Below are positions 1 through 10,079 of a DNA stretch of 64,000 bases, one piece after another (within the stretch, counting starts at the first letter, position 1; every line of letters begins with the position of its first letter). Under the pieces are notes generated by a model. The model saw only the letters and a program-made list of their open reading frames with translations. It did not search any database and was not told the DNA's origin. The stretch lies in the IMG/VR virus record IMGVR_UViG_3300040771_000127, one strand, 5' to 3'. This stretch comes from a virus. The translations under genes were made by a program, and so were the position numbers.

Positions 1-2
1 GT

Positions 3-188
3 GGAAGATACAGTCAACACAAGCACAATTGCCAAGAAATTACAAAAGTTATAAAGGGGCATCTTATAGAATTACTCGATAACAACAAAATTTATGAAGC
101 TGGCGAAACCGTGATTTATGACAAAGAATTTTTGCATGAACCTTATTGCACCATTGAAAGCGAATACGATGTGACTTTTATACTATAA
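3..188 (+). CDS. 3' end of an upstream gene (partial, hypothetical protein)
   Basis: Frame 3 is open from the window edge to TAA at 186-188 (61 codons, ...EPYCTIESEYDVTFIL*). It lies directly upstream of the lysis genes. No motif recognised. Confidence 0.35.
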   Translation, partial: GRYSQHKHNCQEITKVIKGHLIELLDNNKIYEAGETVIYDKEFLHEPYCTIESEYDVTFIL

Positions 189-204
189 TTTAAAACGATA
201 AAAA

Positions 205-774
205 ATGAAAACAGGAATTTCAGAAAAAAGTTTTAAAGAAGCAGCTAAAAAAATTGGTTGTTCCGTTGCTATGATTAAAGCTGTAGACGCTAAGGAAAGT
301 AAAGGAGGAGGTTTTCTAGCTAATGGTGACGTAAAGATTCTATTTGAACCCCACATATTTTGGAAGTATTTAAGAAGGGCAAAAATAACTCCTGTACTTT
401 CCAATATTTGTTATCCTAAATGGGGTACTAAACCTTACGGAAAAGAAAGTCAACAACACGCAAAGCTTCAAAAAGCGGTTTTAATAAACAGAGATATTGC
501 CCTAATGTCTGCTTCTTGGGGAAGATTTCAAATAATGGGTTTTAACTATAAAGCTTGCGGTTGTAAATCTATTCAAGAGTTTGTAAACAAAATGTTAGAA
601 AGTGAAGAGGTACAGTTGGATATGTTTGTTAATTACATAATAAGTTCCTACTTAGATGATGAATTAGCTAATTTAGACTTTACAGGTTTTGCAGCTGGTT
701 ATAACGGACCCTTGTATAAAAGGAATCTTTATCATACTAAATTAAAAGCTCTTTACTTAAAATTTAATACTTAA
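205..774 (+). CDS. Endolysin, N-acetylmuramidase family (DUF3380/PF11860-like)
   Basis: 189 aa with ...SASWGRFQIMGFNYKACG... and GYNGP motifs, which I recall as typical of phage N-acetylmuramidases. A membrane-anchored ORF follows it. Confidence 0.7.
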   Translation: MKTGISEKSFKEAAKKIGCSVAMIKAVDAKESKGGGFLANGDVKILFEPHIFWKYLRRAKITPVLSNICYPKWGTKPYGKESQQHAKLQKAVLINRDIALMSASWGRFQIMGFNYKACGCKSIQEFVNKMLESEEVQLDMFVNYIISSYLDDELANLDFTGFAAGYNGPLYKRNLYHTKLKALYLKFNT

Positions 775-778
775 AGAT

Positions 779-1387
779 ATGTTTACGATAACAAATTTAA
801 GAACTATACTTCTAGTACTGGCAGCAGTGCTAGTTGTTTGGTTTTACAAAGATTATAAATACCAGGTTAGCGAGAACAATAGGCTTACTGAAAATTTTAG
901 TCAGTTGAGGCGTTCTGATAGTCTAAACTACGCACAACAAATACTAAGCAGTTCTGAAATTAAGGAGTATTTGGAGTACCAGAACAAAGATTTGCAAACC
1001 AAGTTGGCTAATAGTGGTATAAAAGTTAATAGGATAGAAAGTATTATCTCAAATTCTTTTAAATACCGAGATACTACACGCAAGGAAACTGACCTTTCTG
1101 CCATTGTTGATAACATTAGAAACAACATACCCACAAGTCAGGAAGTTACAGATACTACCCTTTGTATGACTACTAAAGGAATAATAACGTACAGTGACAA
1201 CAAATTAAAATGGACAGTCATAGATAGACAGTTTCAGAATAAGTCCGATGGCGTTGCTTACTGGCAGAGAAGACAGTGGAAATTTTTGGGTGTAACTACA
1301 CGTTTTTTGGGTAAAAAAGAATTTACCGCAAAAGTTTTTGACCAGTGTGGGGAGAGTAGTATTTTAAGGATCGAGAAACGAAAATAA
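779..1387 (+). CDS. N-terminally membrane-anchored protein, possible lysis accessory (spanin/holin-like)
   Basis: 202 aa with one N-terminal TM helix (LRTILLVLAAVLVVWFY). It starts 5 nt after the endolysin stop. The function is inferred from position only. Confidence 0.4.
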   Translation: MFTITNLRTILLVLAAVLVVWFYKDYKYQVSENNRLTENFSQLRRSDSLNYAQQILSSSEIKEYLEYQNKDLQTKLANSGIKVNRIESIISNSFKYRDTTRKETDLSAIVDNIRNNIPTSQEVTDTTLCMTTKGIITYSDNKLKWTVIDRQFQNKSDGVAYWQRRQWKFLGVTTRFLGKKEFTAKVFDQCGESSILRIEKRK

Positions 1388-1398
1388 TAGGCAGTAAA

Positions 1399-1476
1399 AT
1401 GATAATAACTTTCAACTTAGTACTTTGTTGGATTTTAATTATTATTTTTGTCAGACGCATTACCTACAAGGAATAA
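1399..1476 (+). CDS. Candidate 25-aa hydrophobic peptide (MIITFNLVLCWILIIIFVRRITYKE)
   Basis: Short ATG ORF below the track cutoff, 11 nt after the previous stop, with a single TM-like segment. No other support. Confidence 0.2.
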   Translation: MIITFNLVLCWILIIIFVRRITYKE

Positions 1477-1545
1477 ATTTCGGATAGTATTTAGGATTAA
1501 CCATTTGAGGAAAAACAGTTTAAAAATTAATTTTACTTATTAATT

Positions 1546-3291
1546 ATGTCTAATAAAATAGGTTTACAAGTAGAGGAGGGAGTAACTAAGGGATTTAGTT
1601 CTTTAGTAGAACCTTCTAAGCGTAACATAGGCGTACTTATGGCTAGGCTACGAGGTGTCGCTAATTTACCAGTACTTTTATCATCACTAGAAGAAGATAG
1701 AAGTGTTTTTGGTGGCTTTTTAGCGGGTGCTTACGGATATGCAGTCATTAAAAATATGTTCAGAAATTCCCGTGGTTATACACCTAGTATCTACGGTTTA
1801 AGAGTTGTAGGTGCAGGTTCTTCTGTTGCTCAAACTACCCTAGATGTATCAGGTCTGTTCTCTTTAGAGGGTACTGCTTCTTACATGGGTTCCGAAGATG
1901 TAGGTTCTTGGGGTAATGACTTAGCTGTAATTTTGTACCCTAAGGGTATTAAATCCGCAGGTAAGTGGTACTTTGAGGTTTTGTACAAAGGTAGAGTTGT
2001 AGAGAGCTACTCTTCTGCTCTTATTTCAGAAATAATTGCACAAACTCAGGAGTCTAAATTTGCGGTATTTACAAGTGCTACAGATTTTACTGTTGCTGAA
2101 AATTCAGAGTTGGCTAAAAGTTTTGACGGGTTAATTAGTGTAGGTTTATCAGGTCTACAGACAGCTAATGGTTTTCTGTTAACTACTATACCAGTAGACT
2201 TCGTAAATCCAGTAGGTTTTGTTCTTTTAGATTCTAAAGGAAGTAAGATCGGTACAGTGGCTACTTTTAACGTAGGTACTAAAGTTGGTACACTGGTGGA
2301 TGTTGCCCTAGTTAGTGGAAACTTAAATGGTGCTACTTTCTTAACGGATGAGGCTTACACAGCTAATTTTACTGGTGGGGTTTATGTTGCGCCCGTGGAA
2401 AGTGATTTCTATGGTAGAACAACTGAGACTGAAAAAATGGGTCTAGACCTATTTAAAACGGAAGATGTTCAGATTGTTATGAACACGGAATTCCACACAA
2501 ACTCTATGGCTATAGAAGGTAAAGCTTTTGCGGAAGATAGTGATGTTTTGTACGTAGCTAACTTACCGGAAAACGCTAATCTAGGCGTTGCTCAAGATTT
2601 CGCTAATTCTTTACAGACTGGTACAGTTTCACATATAGCTGTTTACCATGGTTGGGCCAAGACTATTGTTGACGATGTTAACTCAGGTTATGTTCCCGTT
2701 ATCGGTTGTGTTATTGGTGCTGGGTACGTTCGTGCTACAGGTATGCAAGGAGATTTTATTCATATACCACCAGCAGGGGTAGATTCTGCTTTTAGTGATA
2801 TTTCTGAGGTTAAAGGAGGTAAACTTTCTCAGGTAGAGATTGACCGTTACGTTCAAGACTTTACAGTTAACGTTGTTAAGTACCAGATCGGTTTGGGTTA
2901 CTTTTTGATTAGTTCTAGAACTATGTCAACAAATGCTCTTTACCACTCAATCCACATAAGACTACAGACTAGTTTCTACAAGAGAGTAATTAGTGAGAAC
3001 TTTAACTGGGTATTACAGAAACCTAATACTCCAGAGCTTAAGCGGTCTATCTACTCTTCTTTATTTACTTATTTTAGAAATGAGTACAATAACGGAGCTT
3101 TAGAAAATTCCGTTCCTTTTACTACGGCTTGTGTTATTATTGTAGATAAACGTAATAATCCAGTAGGTCAAGATAGAAAATTGCTTAACACTGATATTGA
3201 TTGGATCCCTACAGAAGCTACGGAGTCTGTTAGAATATCTATGAACAGAAATGATGGGCAATTATTGTTAAATGAAGTAACTACAAACTAA
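1546..3291 (+). CDS. Contractile tail sheath protein
   Basis: 581 aa, the first large ORF of the tail block. A tube-sized ORF follows 1 nt later, then a chaperone pair and the tape measure, which is the canonical myovirus order. Call is by size and synteny; no motif verified. Confidence 0.65.
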   Translation: MSNKIGLQVEEGVTKGFSSLVEPSKRNIGVLMARLRGVANLPVLLSSLEEDRSVFGGFLAGAYGYAVIKNMFRNSRGYTPSIYGLRVVGAGSSVAQTTLDVSGLFSLEGTASYMGSEDVGSWGNDLAVILYPKGIKSAGKWYFEVLYKGRVVESYSSALISEIIAQTQESKFAVFTSATDFTVAENSELAKSFDGLISVGLSGLQTANGFLLTTIPVDFVNPVGFVLLDSKGSKIGTVATFNVGTKVGTLVDVALVSGNLNGATFLTDEAYTANFTGGVYVAPVESDFYGRTTETEKMGLDLFKTEDVQIVMNTEFHTNSMAIEGKAFAEDSDVLYVANLPENANLGVAQDFANSLQTGTVSHIAVYHGWAKTIVDDVNSGYVPVIGCVIGAGYVRATGMQGDFIHIPPAGVDSAFSDISEVKGGKLSQVEIDRYVQDFTVNVVKYQIGLGYFLISSRTMSTNALYHSIHIRLQTSFYKRVISENFNWVLQKPNTPELKRSIYSSLFTYFRNEYNNGALENSVPFTTACVIIVDKRNNPVGQDRKLLNTDIDWIPTEATESVRISMNRNDGQLLLNEVTTN

Positions 3292-3292
3292 G

Positions 3293-3742
3293 ATGGCAAA
3301 ACCAACTAGAGTAAAAGATTTATATGTTCAGAATGGGTGGTACTTGGAATTTCCAGGTTTAATTTCACCCCATTTTGAGACATTGGAGGGGTTAGCTAGA
3401 ACCTCTAATAGTGTGGAAATAGTAGATGGGGGAACGAATAAGAAACACAAATTCGGTTCTCAAATTCTTGATTTTTCAGACATGACACTTACAAGAACTA
3501 TGCAAGGAACTGTTGAGGATAAGACGTTACACGCTATAGCTGACGATATGATTTTAAGAGGTCTACGTTTGCCAGTGATAGCTGTAAAGTTACATCACCA
3601 ACAAGAAGTTTTTAGAATTCTATTTGAAGAGTTTAAAATTAATAGTCAAAATTTACCTAACTTTGACGTTAACTCAGAAGATAAATTCACAATCAGTTAT
3701 TCAGCAAGTTGCTCTGATTGGGACATTCTTTGGGCAGTGTAA
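3293..3742 (+). CDS. Tail tube protein
   Basis: 149 aa immediately after the sheath-sized ORF. Call is by synteny. Confidence 0.6.
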   Translation: MAKPTRVKDLYVQNGWYLEFPGLISPHFETLEGLARTSNSVEIVDGGTNKKHKFGSQILDFSDMTLTRTMQGTVEDKTLHAIADDMILRGLRLPVIAVKLHHQQEVFRILFEEFKINSQNLPNFDVNSEDKFTISYSASCSDWDILWAV

Positions 3743-3779
3743 TTAGGTAATTCGTAGATTATAAATTCATTTAAACATT

Positions 3780-4664
3780 ATGACTAAATTAGGACTAAAA
3801 TTTGACTTAAACATTGGCTTGAAAGTTAACGGAGAAACGGTTAAGGAGGTTGAACTTCTTACCTCTAATTCTGTAGCTGAGGAAGTCTTTACTAGAAAAT
3901 TATCTCAAGAACCTTTTACTTGGATAGGAAACGTTATTTCGGTAGCTGTAGGATCAATAGGGGAAACTAGAATTGCGGAAGCTGTACGCCAAGAATATTT
4001 TAAGACAGGTAAAGTTACCATTCCTAAAATTGTTCGGGATATATCTTTTGCAGATGCTAATAGTTTGTTACTAGAAATTCACAGAAGAGTTTGGCAGCAC
4101 AAATTTGATAGCATGGAAACCATGTGCCGTTACTGCGCCAAAAGTATCGAGGTCGATGTAGACTTGAATAATATAAAGCTAACAGAAGAACAGGAACTAA
4201 TTTTGGAGACTACTCCAGAATTTAACGGTATAGCAGTAGACTTAACTCCTTTCAGTTTAGACTCTTTAATTAAGGATTTAAAAGGGGAGGAGGTTTCTAC
4301 GCTATTAGGTACAACTTTTAATAGATTTACCTACCGTATACCCACTTTAGGGGATGCCATTAAAAATCAGGACTACTTTGACAGAAACATTGAGTTGTGG
4401 AGACGCATAGGTGCTGATTGTTTAGTATCTATACAGAAAGTTGATGAAGAGGGAAATGTAGTTGCGGATATTCCTGAGAACTACATTCGTTTCCTTTCCA
4501 TTAAACTTTACAGAGATATGGATGTGGCTAACCTTAAAAAAATTAGGCACGCTTTACGTGAAGAGCTTCCAGTACTTCCTTTTGCCTACATGGATAGTTG
4601 CGCTTGTGATAGTAGAAGAAAGATACCTTATACTCTAGAGAGTTCGGGTTTTTTTTCGGAATAG
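3780..4664 (+). CDS. Tail assembly chaperone (gpE/gpG-position), frame-0 product
   Basis: Lies between the tube and the tape measure. It ends ...AGT TCG GGT TTT TTT TCG GAA TAG, a slippery run, and the -1 frame is open from there into ORF 4745-4933. Confidence 0.55.
   Translation: MTKLGLKFDLNIGLKVNGETVKEVELLTSNSVAEEVFTRKLSQEPFTWIGNVISVAVGSIGETRIAEAVRQEYFKTGKVTIPKIVRDISFADANSLLLEIHRRVWQHKFDSMETMCRYCAKSIEVDVDLNNIKLTEEQELILETTPEFNGIAVDLTPFSLDSLIKDLKGEEVSTLLGTTFNRFTYRIPTLGDAIKNQDYFDRNIELWRRIGADCLVSIQKVDEEGNVVADIPENYIRFLSIKLYRDMDVANLKKIRHALREELPVLPFAYMDSCACDSRRKIPYTLESSGFFSE
4649..4655 (+). promoter_or_regulatory. Candidate -1 programmed ribosomal frameshift site (U UUU UUU)
   Basis: T49-T55 forms an X XXY YYZ heptamer in frame 0 (GGT TTT TTT). 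The -1 frame (codons starting 4649, 4652...) has no stop up to 4933. An imperfect GGT(T)GGG/CCCACC stem lies at about 4670-4687. Confidence 0.5.
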
Positions 4665-4744
4665 CTCTAGGTTGGGATTACCCACCGAGTTGCTTATTAT
4701 CTGGGAAGAAAAACGAGCTATTCATAGATTGGTTTATAAGCAAT

Positions 4745-4933
4745 ATGTTTTATACCTTTCCTATAACAAGGGAACCAAGACTGTCCCTCGAAGGATTGCA
4801 ACACTTCCTTCTTAAAAGGATACAAGGGTTGGACTACGAGAGTTTAATGTTTATGAGTGTAGAAAAACGGGATGCTTTCTTTGAAGATGAGTATGCTATT
4901 TACCAAAAAGAATTAGAGCAATCTAACAAATAA
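4745..4933 (+). CDS. Chaperone frameshift extension (gpE'/gpT-position)
   Basis: 62-codon ORF in the -1 frame relative to 3780-4664. That frame is open continuously from 4649, so it is probably expressed as a fusion rather than from its own ATG. Confidence 0.5.
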   Translation: MFYTFPITREPRLSLEGLQHFLLKRIQGLDYESLMFMSVEKRDAFFEDEYAIYQKELEQSNK

Positions 4934-4943
4934 ACATTAAAGT

Positions 4944-6980
4944 ATGTCTGACGGAATAAGAGAAGTTGATAATGGTTTAGCTTACGATTTTGGTGTAGCC
5001 ATTGCTAGAGGCGCAGCAAGTTCTTTAGCTGTTATGGCAGCACAGGTTGTAACAATCACTGGAAGTATTTACGCACTTATAGATGCAGGTAATACTTCTG
5101 ATAATATGCTTAGAAGAAACCAGTTGGCTATGGGAGGTTACGCTAATTTCCTAAAGTCAGTTGACTACTTCTCAGAAAAAGTTATATCAGGTCAAAGTTA
5201 CTTTGATGTAGAAAACCTAATGGAAGGTTCCAAGGCTCTACAGAGTGCAGGTATAGATGTAAAGAAAAATTTTGATTTAATCAATAAGTCTGCTCAAGGT
5301 ATTGGGTCAGACTTTTCTGCATTGTCACAAATAATAAAAAACGGGGATTACTCTGCTCTTGCTGAGGCAGGTTTAATAACAGAACGTATGGCTACCAATA
5401 TGGAGCGCACTACGTTTACACAGGAGCAAGGTACTAAACGTGTTTTGGCTTTACTTAAACAAGCTGATACTAAAGGTCTATTTTCTGGAAATATTGCTAC
5501 ACTGGGTCAAACTATTGAACGGATAAGGCAAATATACAATCGATTCATGGAGTCAATACTTGGAGATTTAAAAGATCCCGAGGGTTTTTGGTATATACTT
5601 AAAAAGGCCTTTTCTGATTTTGCTGACTTTTTTGCCAAACGTATGGACAAGATAACCAAGATCGGTAACATACTAGGTAAAGTTTTAGGCTTCATAGTTC
5701 GTACGGTATCGGGATTCATGCGTTTCATGGGTAGAATGTTACAGAAAGTTTTAGGTAACAATGACGAATTTTTTTCTAACTGGCAGGACAAAATGCTGTC
5801 TTTTGGTTTATGGTTAGAAATACTTAGAGTTAAGATAGGTGCTTTTTTCGAGAGTTGGGGACCGCTTATTGTAAAGCTGTGGTTATTTAACTCAGCACTA
5901 AACGCTGTTTGGATGATTGGTACTAAATTAGCCAGTATTAAAAAAGCCACTTTTATTGAGGCATTAACTAAGGGTGGTGATTGGTTGAAGGGTTCAGGTT
6001 TCGCACGTTTAGGTTCTTATATTCAAACTGTTCTTATACCAGCTATAACTACTATGGGAGGTTCTGTTTGGTCGGCACTTGCGCCCGTTATAGTTACTGT
6101 GGGTATAATAGCGGCAGTAGTGGCAGCACTAGTTTTAATAGTGGCTTACTGGGATGAGATAAGAGGTTATGCAAACCAGACTTCTAATTCTACTTTAGTA
6201 CTGTTAAATTTATTCCTGCCTATTGTAGGTTTAGTTCTTACTATAGCTAAATACTGGAACGAGATAAAAACTATTGCTACTAACGTGGGTAGAGTTTTAC
6301 TTAATTACATAGATATATTAATGTCCGTTTATAACATTATAGGTAAATACCTTTGGGGAGGTCTTAAAAATGTGTTTAACTGGTTAAAAGGTATACTTAA
6401 GAGTGTTAATGTTTGGATGTCTAATACTTTTGGCTCTGCTTGGACTACATTTAAGTCTATATTTTTTGACCCTATTAAAAGCGCCTTTATGTGGATAAAA
6501 GATTTGATTGGTAACTTATTTGATTTCGACTTAGGTGCAGGATTTAATAAACTTATTGAGTGGACTAAATCTGCGGCTGATGGTACTAAAGAAGTTGCTG
6601 ATAACTTAGCTAAAAAGTCGGGACGTGCTGGTTTTGCTAAGGGCGGTGAAACGCTTAAAGTTAATCAGAAGAAAGAAGTTGCTAAATTAGTAGCGCAAGG
6701 AAAAAGTGATACTGAAATTGCCACCTTAATGGACAATGGTAACTTCGATAAAAATATGATTTCCCAAGAACGCCAGAATGCTAAAGCTACTAAACCTATT
6801 AAGAGAATTGCTCAGGTTCCTACCAAGATCACCAATAGTAACAGTAGTGGTGGAAACGTTCAAACGAATACGTACAACATTTACGTTAAGAACGAGATGG
6901 ACGTTGAGAAAGTAGTTAAGGCTGTTGAGCAGACAAATAAAAAGCATGCTGATATAAATAATAGACGTAAAGGTAATTAA
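4944..6980 (+). CDS. Tail tape measure protein
   Basis: 678 aa, the largest ORF after the chaperone pair. Helical/hydrophobic central region (IPAITTMGGSVWSALAPVIVTVGIIAAVVAALVLIVAYW). Position is typical of a tape measure. Confidence 0.75.
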   Translation: MSDGIREVDNGLAYDFGVAIARGAASSLAVMAAQVVTITGSIYALIDAGNTSDNMLRRNQLAMGGYANFLKSVDYFSEKVISGQSYFDVENLMEGSKALQSAGIDVKKNFDLINKSAQGIGSDFSALSQIIKNGDYSALAEAGLITERMATNMERTTFTQEQGTKRVLALLKQADTKGLFSGNIATLGQTIERIRQIYNRFMESILGDLKDPEGFWYILKKAFSDFADFFAKRMDKITKIGNILGKVLGFIVRTVSGFMRFMGRMLQKVLGNNDEFFSNWQDKMLSFGLWLEILRVKIGAFFESWGPLIVKLWLFNSALNAVWMIGTKLASIKKATFIEALTKGGDWLKGSGFARLGSYIQTVLIPAITTMGGSVWSALAPVIVTVGIIAAVVAALVLIVAYWDEIRGYANQTSNSTLVLLNLFLPIVGLVLTIAKYWNEIKTIATNVGRVLLNYIDILMSVYNIIGKYLWGGLKNVFNWLKGILKSVNVWMSNTFGSAWTTFKSIFFDPIKSAFMWIKDLIGNLFDFDLGAGFNKLIEWTKSAADGTKEVADNLAKKSGRAGFAKGGETLKVNQKKEVAKLVAQGKSDTEIATLMDNGNFDKNMISQERQNAKATKPIKRIAQVPTKITNSNSSGGNVQTNTYNIYVKNEMDVEKVVKAVEQTNKKHADINNRRKGN

Positions 6981-6981
6981 T

Positions 6982-7713
6982 ATGCTAGTAAGTTTAAAAG
7001 GTATAAATAGTACCACCGCTAAAAAATTGGCTACTGAAAACTTAGGGCCAAAAGCTAGGTCTTTTTTAGGTTTAAATCCTGAGGAGTCTGAGTTAGAAGT
7101 AATCGATAGAAGTAAAAATAGGGCTATACGTGGTATAATAGCTCCCAAGGGTTATTCTCAGGAGAAAGAAATTCTGTTTTTCCAGTTTAATCCTAGTCAG
7201 ATTTCTGATTCTAAAGGTATGGACTGGTTTAGTTCTAAGTATCTAGGTTTCTCTGCGCCAGAACTATTTTGGACTGGAGGACAAGATCGCGTTATAACTT
7301 TCGATTTATTTTTTGATGCTACTACAGATAGTATCGCTTCTTCTATGGGTAGTAATACTAATGGGTATGATGCTATCAGAAGTAGGGACTCTATATACCC
7401 TAGAGGCGTTATGGATATGGTTGAGAAACTACAAGCTTTTCAATACCCTATTAATACAGAAAGTCCTAGATTTGTTGGTAACGTAGCTACACCAAGTCCT
7501 AAGTTTGAAGCTCCACCGATTCTTATTTTTTGCTTTGGATTATTTTACATGGAGTGCGCATTAACGGGGTTGCAGACTTCTTATGAACTTTTTGATACTA
7601 AACTTGTAGCTAGACGGGCTACTTGTAGTGTATCACTAACTGTTTATGAATTTTCAAGAGTAAACATTAATACTAATTTACCTCAGGTAACTAGTGAAAA
7701 CGAGATACGATGA
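6982..7713 (+). CDS. Tail/baseplate assembly protein (position of P2 gpU / Mu gp43-like)
   Basis: 243 aa, starting 1 nt after the tape measure stop. Call is by synteny only. Confidence 0.4.
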   Translation: MLVSLKGINSTTAKKLATENLGPKARSFLGLNPEESELEVIDRSKNRAIRGIIAPKGYSQEKEILFFQFNPSQISDSKGMDWFSSKYLGFSAPELFWTGGQDRVITFDLFFDATTDSIASSMGSNTNGYDAIRSRDSIYPRGVMDMVEKLQAFQYPINTESPRFVGNVATPSPKFEAPPILIFCFGLFYMECALTGLQTSYELFDTKLVARRATCSVSLTVYEFSRVNINTNLPQVTSENEIR

Positions 7714-8042
7714 TAAGCCCACAATTCTACACAAAAGAAAACAGGGTCAAGAGTTTTAGTTTTTCTAAGCTGAAGCACTACCCAAGGAAAAATTTAAGTT
7801 TCGCAGTAGGTTATACGCTTCACGAAGTTAAAGATGGTGAGGACTTATATAGTATTGCAGGTTATTACTTTGGTGAGTTTGGTGAGAGATACTGGACTAC
7901 TATAGCAGATGTTAATGACTTGTCTAAACCTGACTGGTTAAATACAGGTCAAGTTATAAAGATTCCTAGAGCAGTAGTAGAAGATAAAATTGATATAAAA
8001 ACCACTTATGATAGGAACGTTTCCACGGCAATTAAAATATGA
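7710..8042 (+). CDS. LysM-like tail protein (tail protein X-like)
   Basis: 110 aa. The segment GEDLYSIAGYYFGEFGERYWTTIADVNDLSKPDWLNTGQVIKIP looks like a LysM fold pattern. ATGA overlap with the upstream ORF. Confidence 0.55.
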   Translation: MISPQFYTKENRVKSFSFSKLKHYPRKNLSFAVGYTLHEVKDGEDLYSIAGYYFGEFGERYWTTIADVNDLSKPDWLNTGQVIKIPRAVVEDKIDIKTTYDRNVSTAIKI

Positions 8043-9294
8043 TTTATTCATAGGTAATGGCAAAGAGTCAGCTACCGATTTGGTAACAGGTCCCGTAAAG
8101 ATTTCTTTAGATGAGAGCCGTATGGCTCACCTTACTTTTTCGCTAAAAAATCCAGATGTAAATTTGGACTGGTTACGTATGGGAACTAATGTTAAGTTTT
8201 ATGGGGGTTATACTGATAGAGTAAATCCTTTGGATCAAGGCCAAGGTGGTTCAGGTTACAGAATGTTATTTTCCGGAAATATATTTAGGGTTAGTACCAC
8301 TATCAATGAGGCAGGTGTACCTATAGGTTCTATTGAGTGCATAGATGCTTTCTATACCACTGGAGGTTACAGTCCTAAACAGTACAGATACCCTAGTAAA
8401 AATTGTCCTAGAAATTGGGCTTCAGGTAGTACTGTTAAAGTTTCAGAAATAGTTAAAAATATTTGCCTAGAGCTTAATATTGACTACGAAATTAGTTTGG
8501 GTAAGGACTCTGATAAACTATACTCATACACGGACACAGTAGTGCAGGATAGTCAAACTGACTGGGATTTTTTAGTTACTTTAGCTACTCGATGTGGCTG
8601 TTACTGTTGGACAACTATTGAGAATGAAAAAACAAAATTATTTTTTATAGAGCAGGGCAAGTCTTTTTCTAGTAACGATTCTTTGGAGTTTGTAGTTATA
8701 AGTAGGAGGAACAATGAATTTTTTACACCCTCTTACTCAGGCAGAACTAGTGTTCAGAATGAATTGGGTAAGCTTAAGGATAACCAGGTTCTTCTGTACG
8801 AGGTAAGTGTTACTGAGGATCCGGGAATGTATGGACAACATACCTACAAGGTTACTGACTTTGATTCTGCCACTGGTGAACAAAAAGATTTATTGGTAAA
8901 CTACGAGGAGGATTCCGATACTATAACTTACTATGAATTAGATAGTGCTTTAATAGAGTCCATGAATAAAACTCCAGCAGGTTCTAGGGAACTTGACCGT
9001 ATTCTTGGTATGGGGGCTTTATCTATTCCTTGGGCTGAAGCTAAAAAATACTATAAGGAAGTAAACATACCAGCAGGAAAACTTGATGCCTTAGGTGGTG
9101 TGGGTTTTCTAGGTGTTACCATTAGTGCCACTTGTCGTGGAGATTTGCGGGTACTGCCTTATAAATCGTACCTAGTTAATGGGGTTGTTCGTGGTAGGAA
9201 TATGCAAAGAAAAAGTAATAAGTTCTATGTAAAATCCTTGGCTTACGTTTTTGATAATAGCGGTTTTAATATTGAACTTGAATTTATAGCGTAA
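8008..9294 (+). CDS. Baseplate hub / late control gpD-like tail protein
   Basis: 428 aa following the LysM protein and preceding the spike, as in P2 gpD / Mu gp44. The start is uncertain because it overlaps the upstream ORF by 35 nt. Confidence 0.55.
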   Translation: MIGTFPRQLKYDLFIGNGKESATDLVTGPVKISLDESRMAHLTFSLKNPDVNLDWLRMGTNVKFYGGYTDRVNPLDQGQGGSGYRMLFSGNIFRVSTTINEAGVPIGSIECIDAFYTTGGYSPKQYRYPSKNCPRNWASGSTVKVSEIVKNICLELNIDYEISLGKDSDKLYSYTDTVVQDSQTDWDFLVTLATRCGCYCWTTIENEKTKLFFIEQGKSFSSNDSLEFVVISRRNNEFFTPSYSGRTSVQNELGKLKDNQVLLYEVSVTEDPGMYGQHTYKVTDFDSATGEQKDLLVNYEEDSDTITYYELDSALIESMNKTPAGSRELDRILGMGALSIPWAEAKKYYKEVNIPAGKLDALGGVGFLGVTISATCRGDLRVLPYKSYLVNGVVRGRNMQRKSNKFYVKSLAYVFDNSGFNIELEFIA

Positions 9295-9299
9295 TAATT

Positions 9300-9872
9300 A
9301 TGTTGAATACAGGAAGACTTACTGGAGATTACGATGCTGAAAGTGGTTACATTGGGGTAAAACTTTCGCACGGTGAAGAAATATTTGCTAGGCCCATGTG
9401 CCAGATTCCCGTAGTAGGAAGCTACACTAAAAAGTGGGTAGAAAAATATGGTAAACACTTTATTGCTTTAATAGATTACGAGAACGATGTTAAAGAGCGT
9501 CCTATACTTATGGGTTTAGTTCCTTTGAAAAATCCTAAATATCCAGAAGAGGGTTATGAGAACAACTTTTTTCTTATCAGTAATAATTTTAGAGTTTGGT
9601 TAAATGATGATGATAATGAGATGGTACTGGATTTACTAGATGATGGTATTATTAAACTGGGTGGTAAAGATGTTACAGAACCGGCTGTTCTAGGTAACGT
9701 AGCGGTAACTTTACTTAATGAGTTTATCTCAGATCTTGGTAAGCTAGGGACTATAACTACTTCCACAGGTGTTACTGCCCTTATAAGTACTTCACCACAA
9801 TGGCAACCTTTAGTAGCTAAGTGGGAAGAAAAATGGAAAGAGTTTAATTCAGAAAAAGTATTTTTAAAATAA
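9300..9872 (+). CDS. Baseplate central spike (gpV-like)
   Basis: 190 aa between the hub-like and gp25-like ORFs. Size and position match P2 gpV / Mu gp45. Confidence 0.45.
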   Translation: MLNTGRLTGDYDAESGYIGVKLSHGEEIFARPMCQIPVVGSYTKKWVEKYGKHFIALIDYENDVKERPILMGLVPLKNPKYPEEGYENNFFLISNNFRVWLNDDDNEMVLDLLDDGIIKLGGKDVTEPAVLGNVAVTLLNEFISDLGKLGTITTSTGVTALISTSPQWQPLVAKWEEKWKEFNSEKVFLK

Positions 9873-9878
9873 ATAACT

Positions 9879-10079
9879 ATGCCTATACAATGGAACGCAG
9901 TAAAAGAATTGTTGGATGCAGCAGCTATCGAAGCTAGAACTAAAGACGATGTAGACCAAGCTTTAGAAGCCTACAATAATAAAGTTATAGAAGCTTTGCA
10001 GTTAATGATGGCTACTGCCCTTGTTAACGGAGGTGTTACTACGCCTAATGGACCTATAGCGGGAGGATTAATAACCTAA
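9879..10079 (+). CDS. Small baseplate-associated hypothetical protein
   Basis: 66 aa ORF inside the baseplate block. No PAAR motif seen. Confidence 0.45.
   Translation: MPIQWNAVKELLDAAAIEARTKDDVDQALEAYNNKVIEALQLMMATALVNGGVTTPNGPIAGGLIT

Noticed and set aside
1-54. Frame-1 partial ORF ending at TAA 52-54
   Set aside because: Frame 3 stays open much further (to 188) and abuts the next gene, so it is the more likely reading frame of the truncated upstream gene. Neither frame can be confirmed.
5507-7148. Minus-strand ORFs 5507-5950 and 6726-7148 inside or overlapping the tape measure gene
   Set aside because: They are shadow ORFs within a long, well-supported + strand gene, with no independent signals.
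9879-10079. PAAR-type spike tip protein
   Set aside because: The position after the spike is suggestive, but the 66-aa sequence has no PAAR-like motifs or Cys/His metal site.
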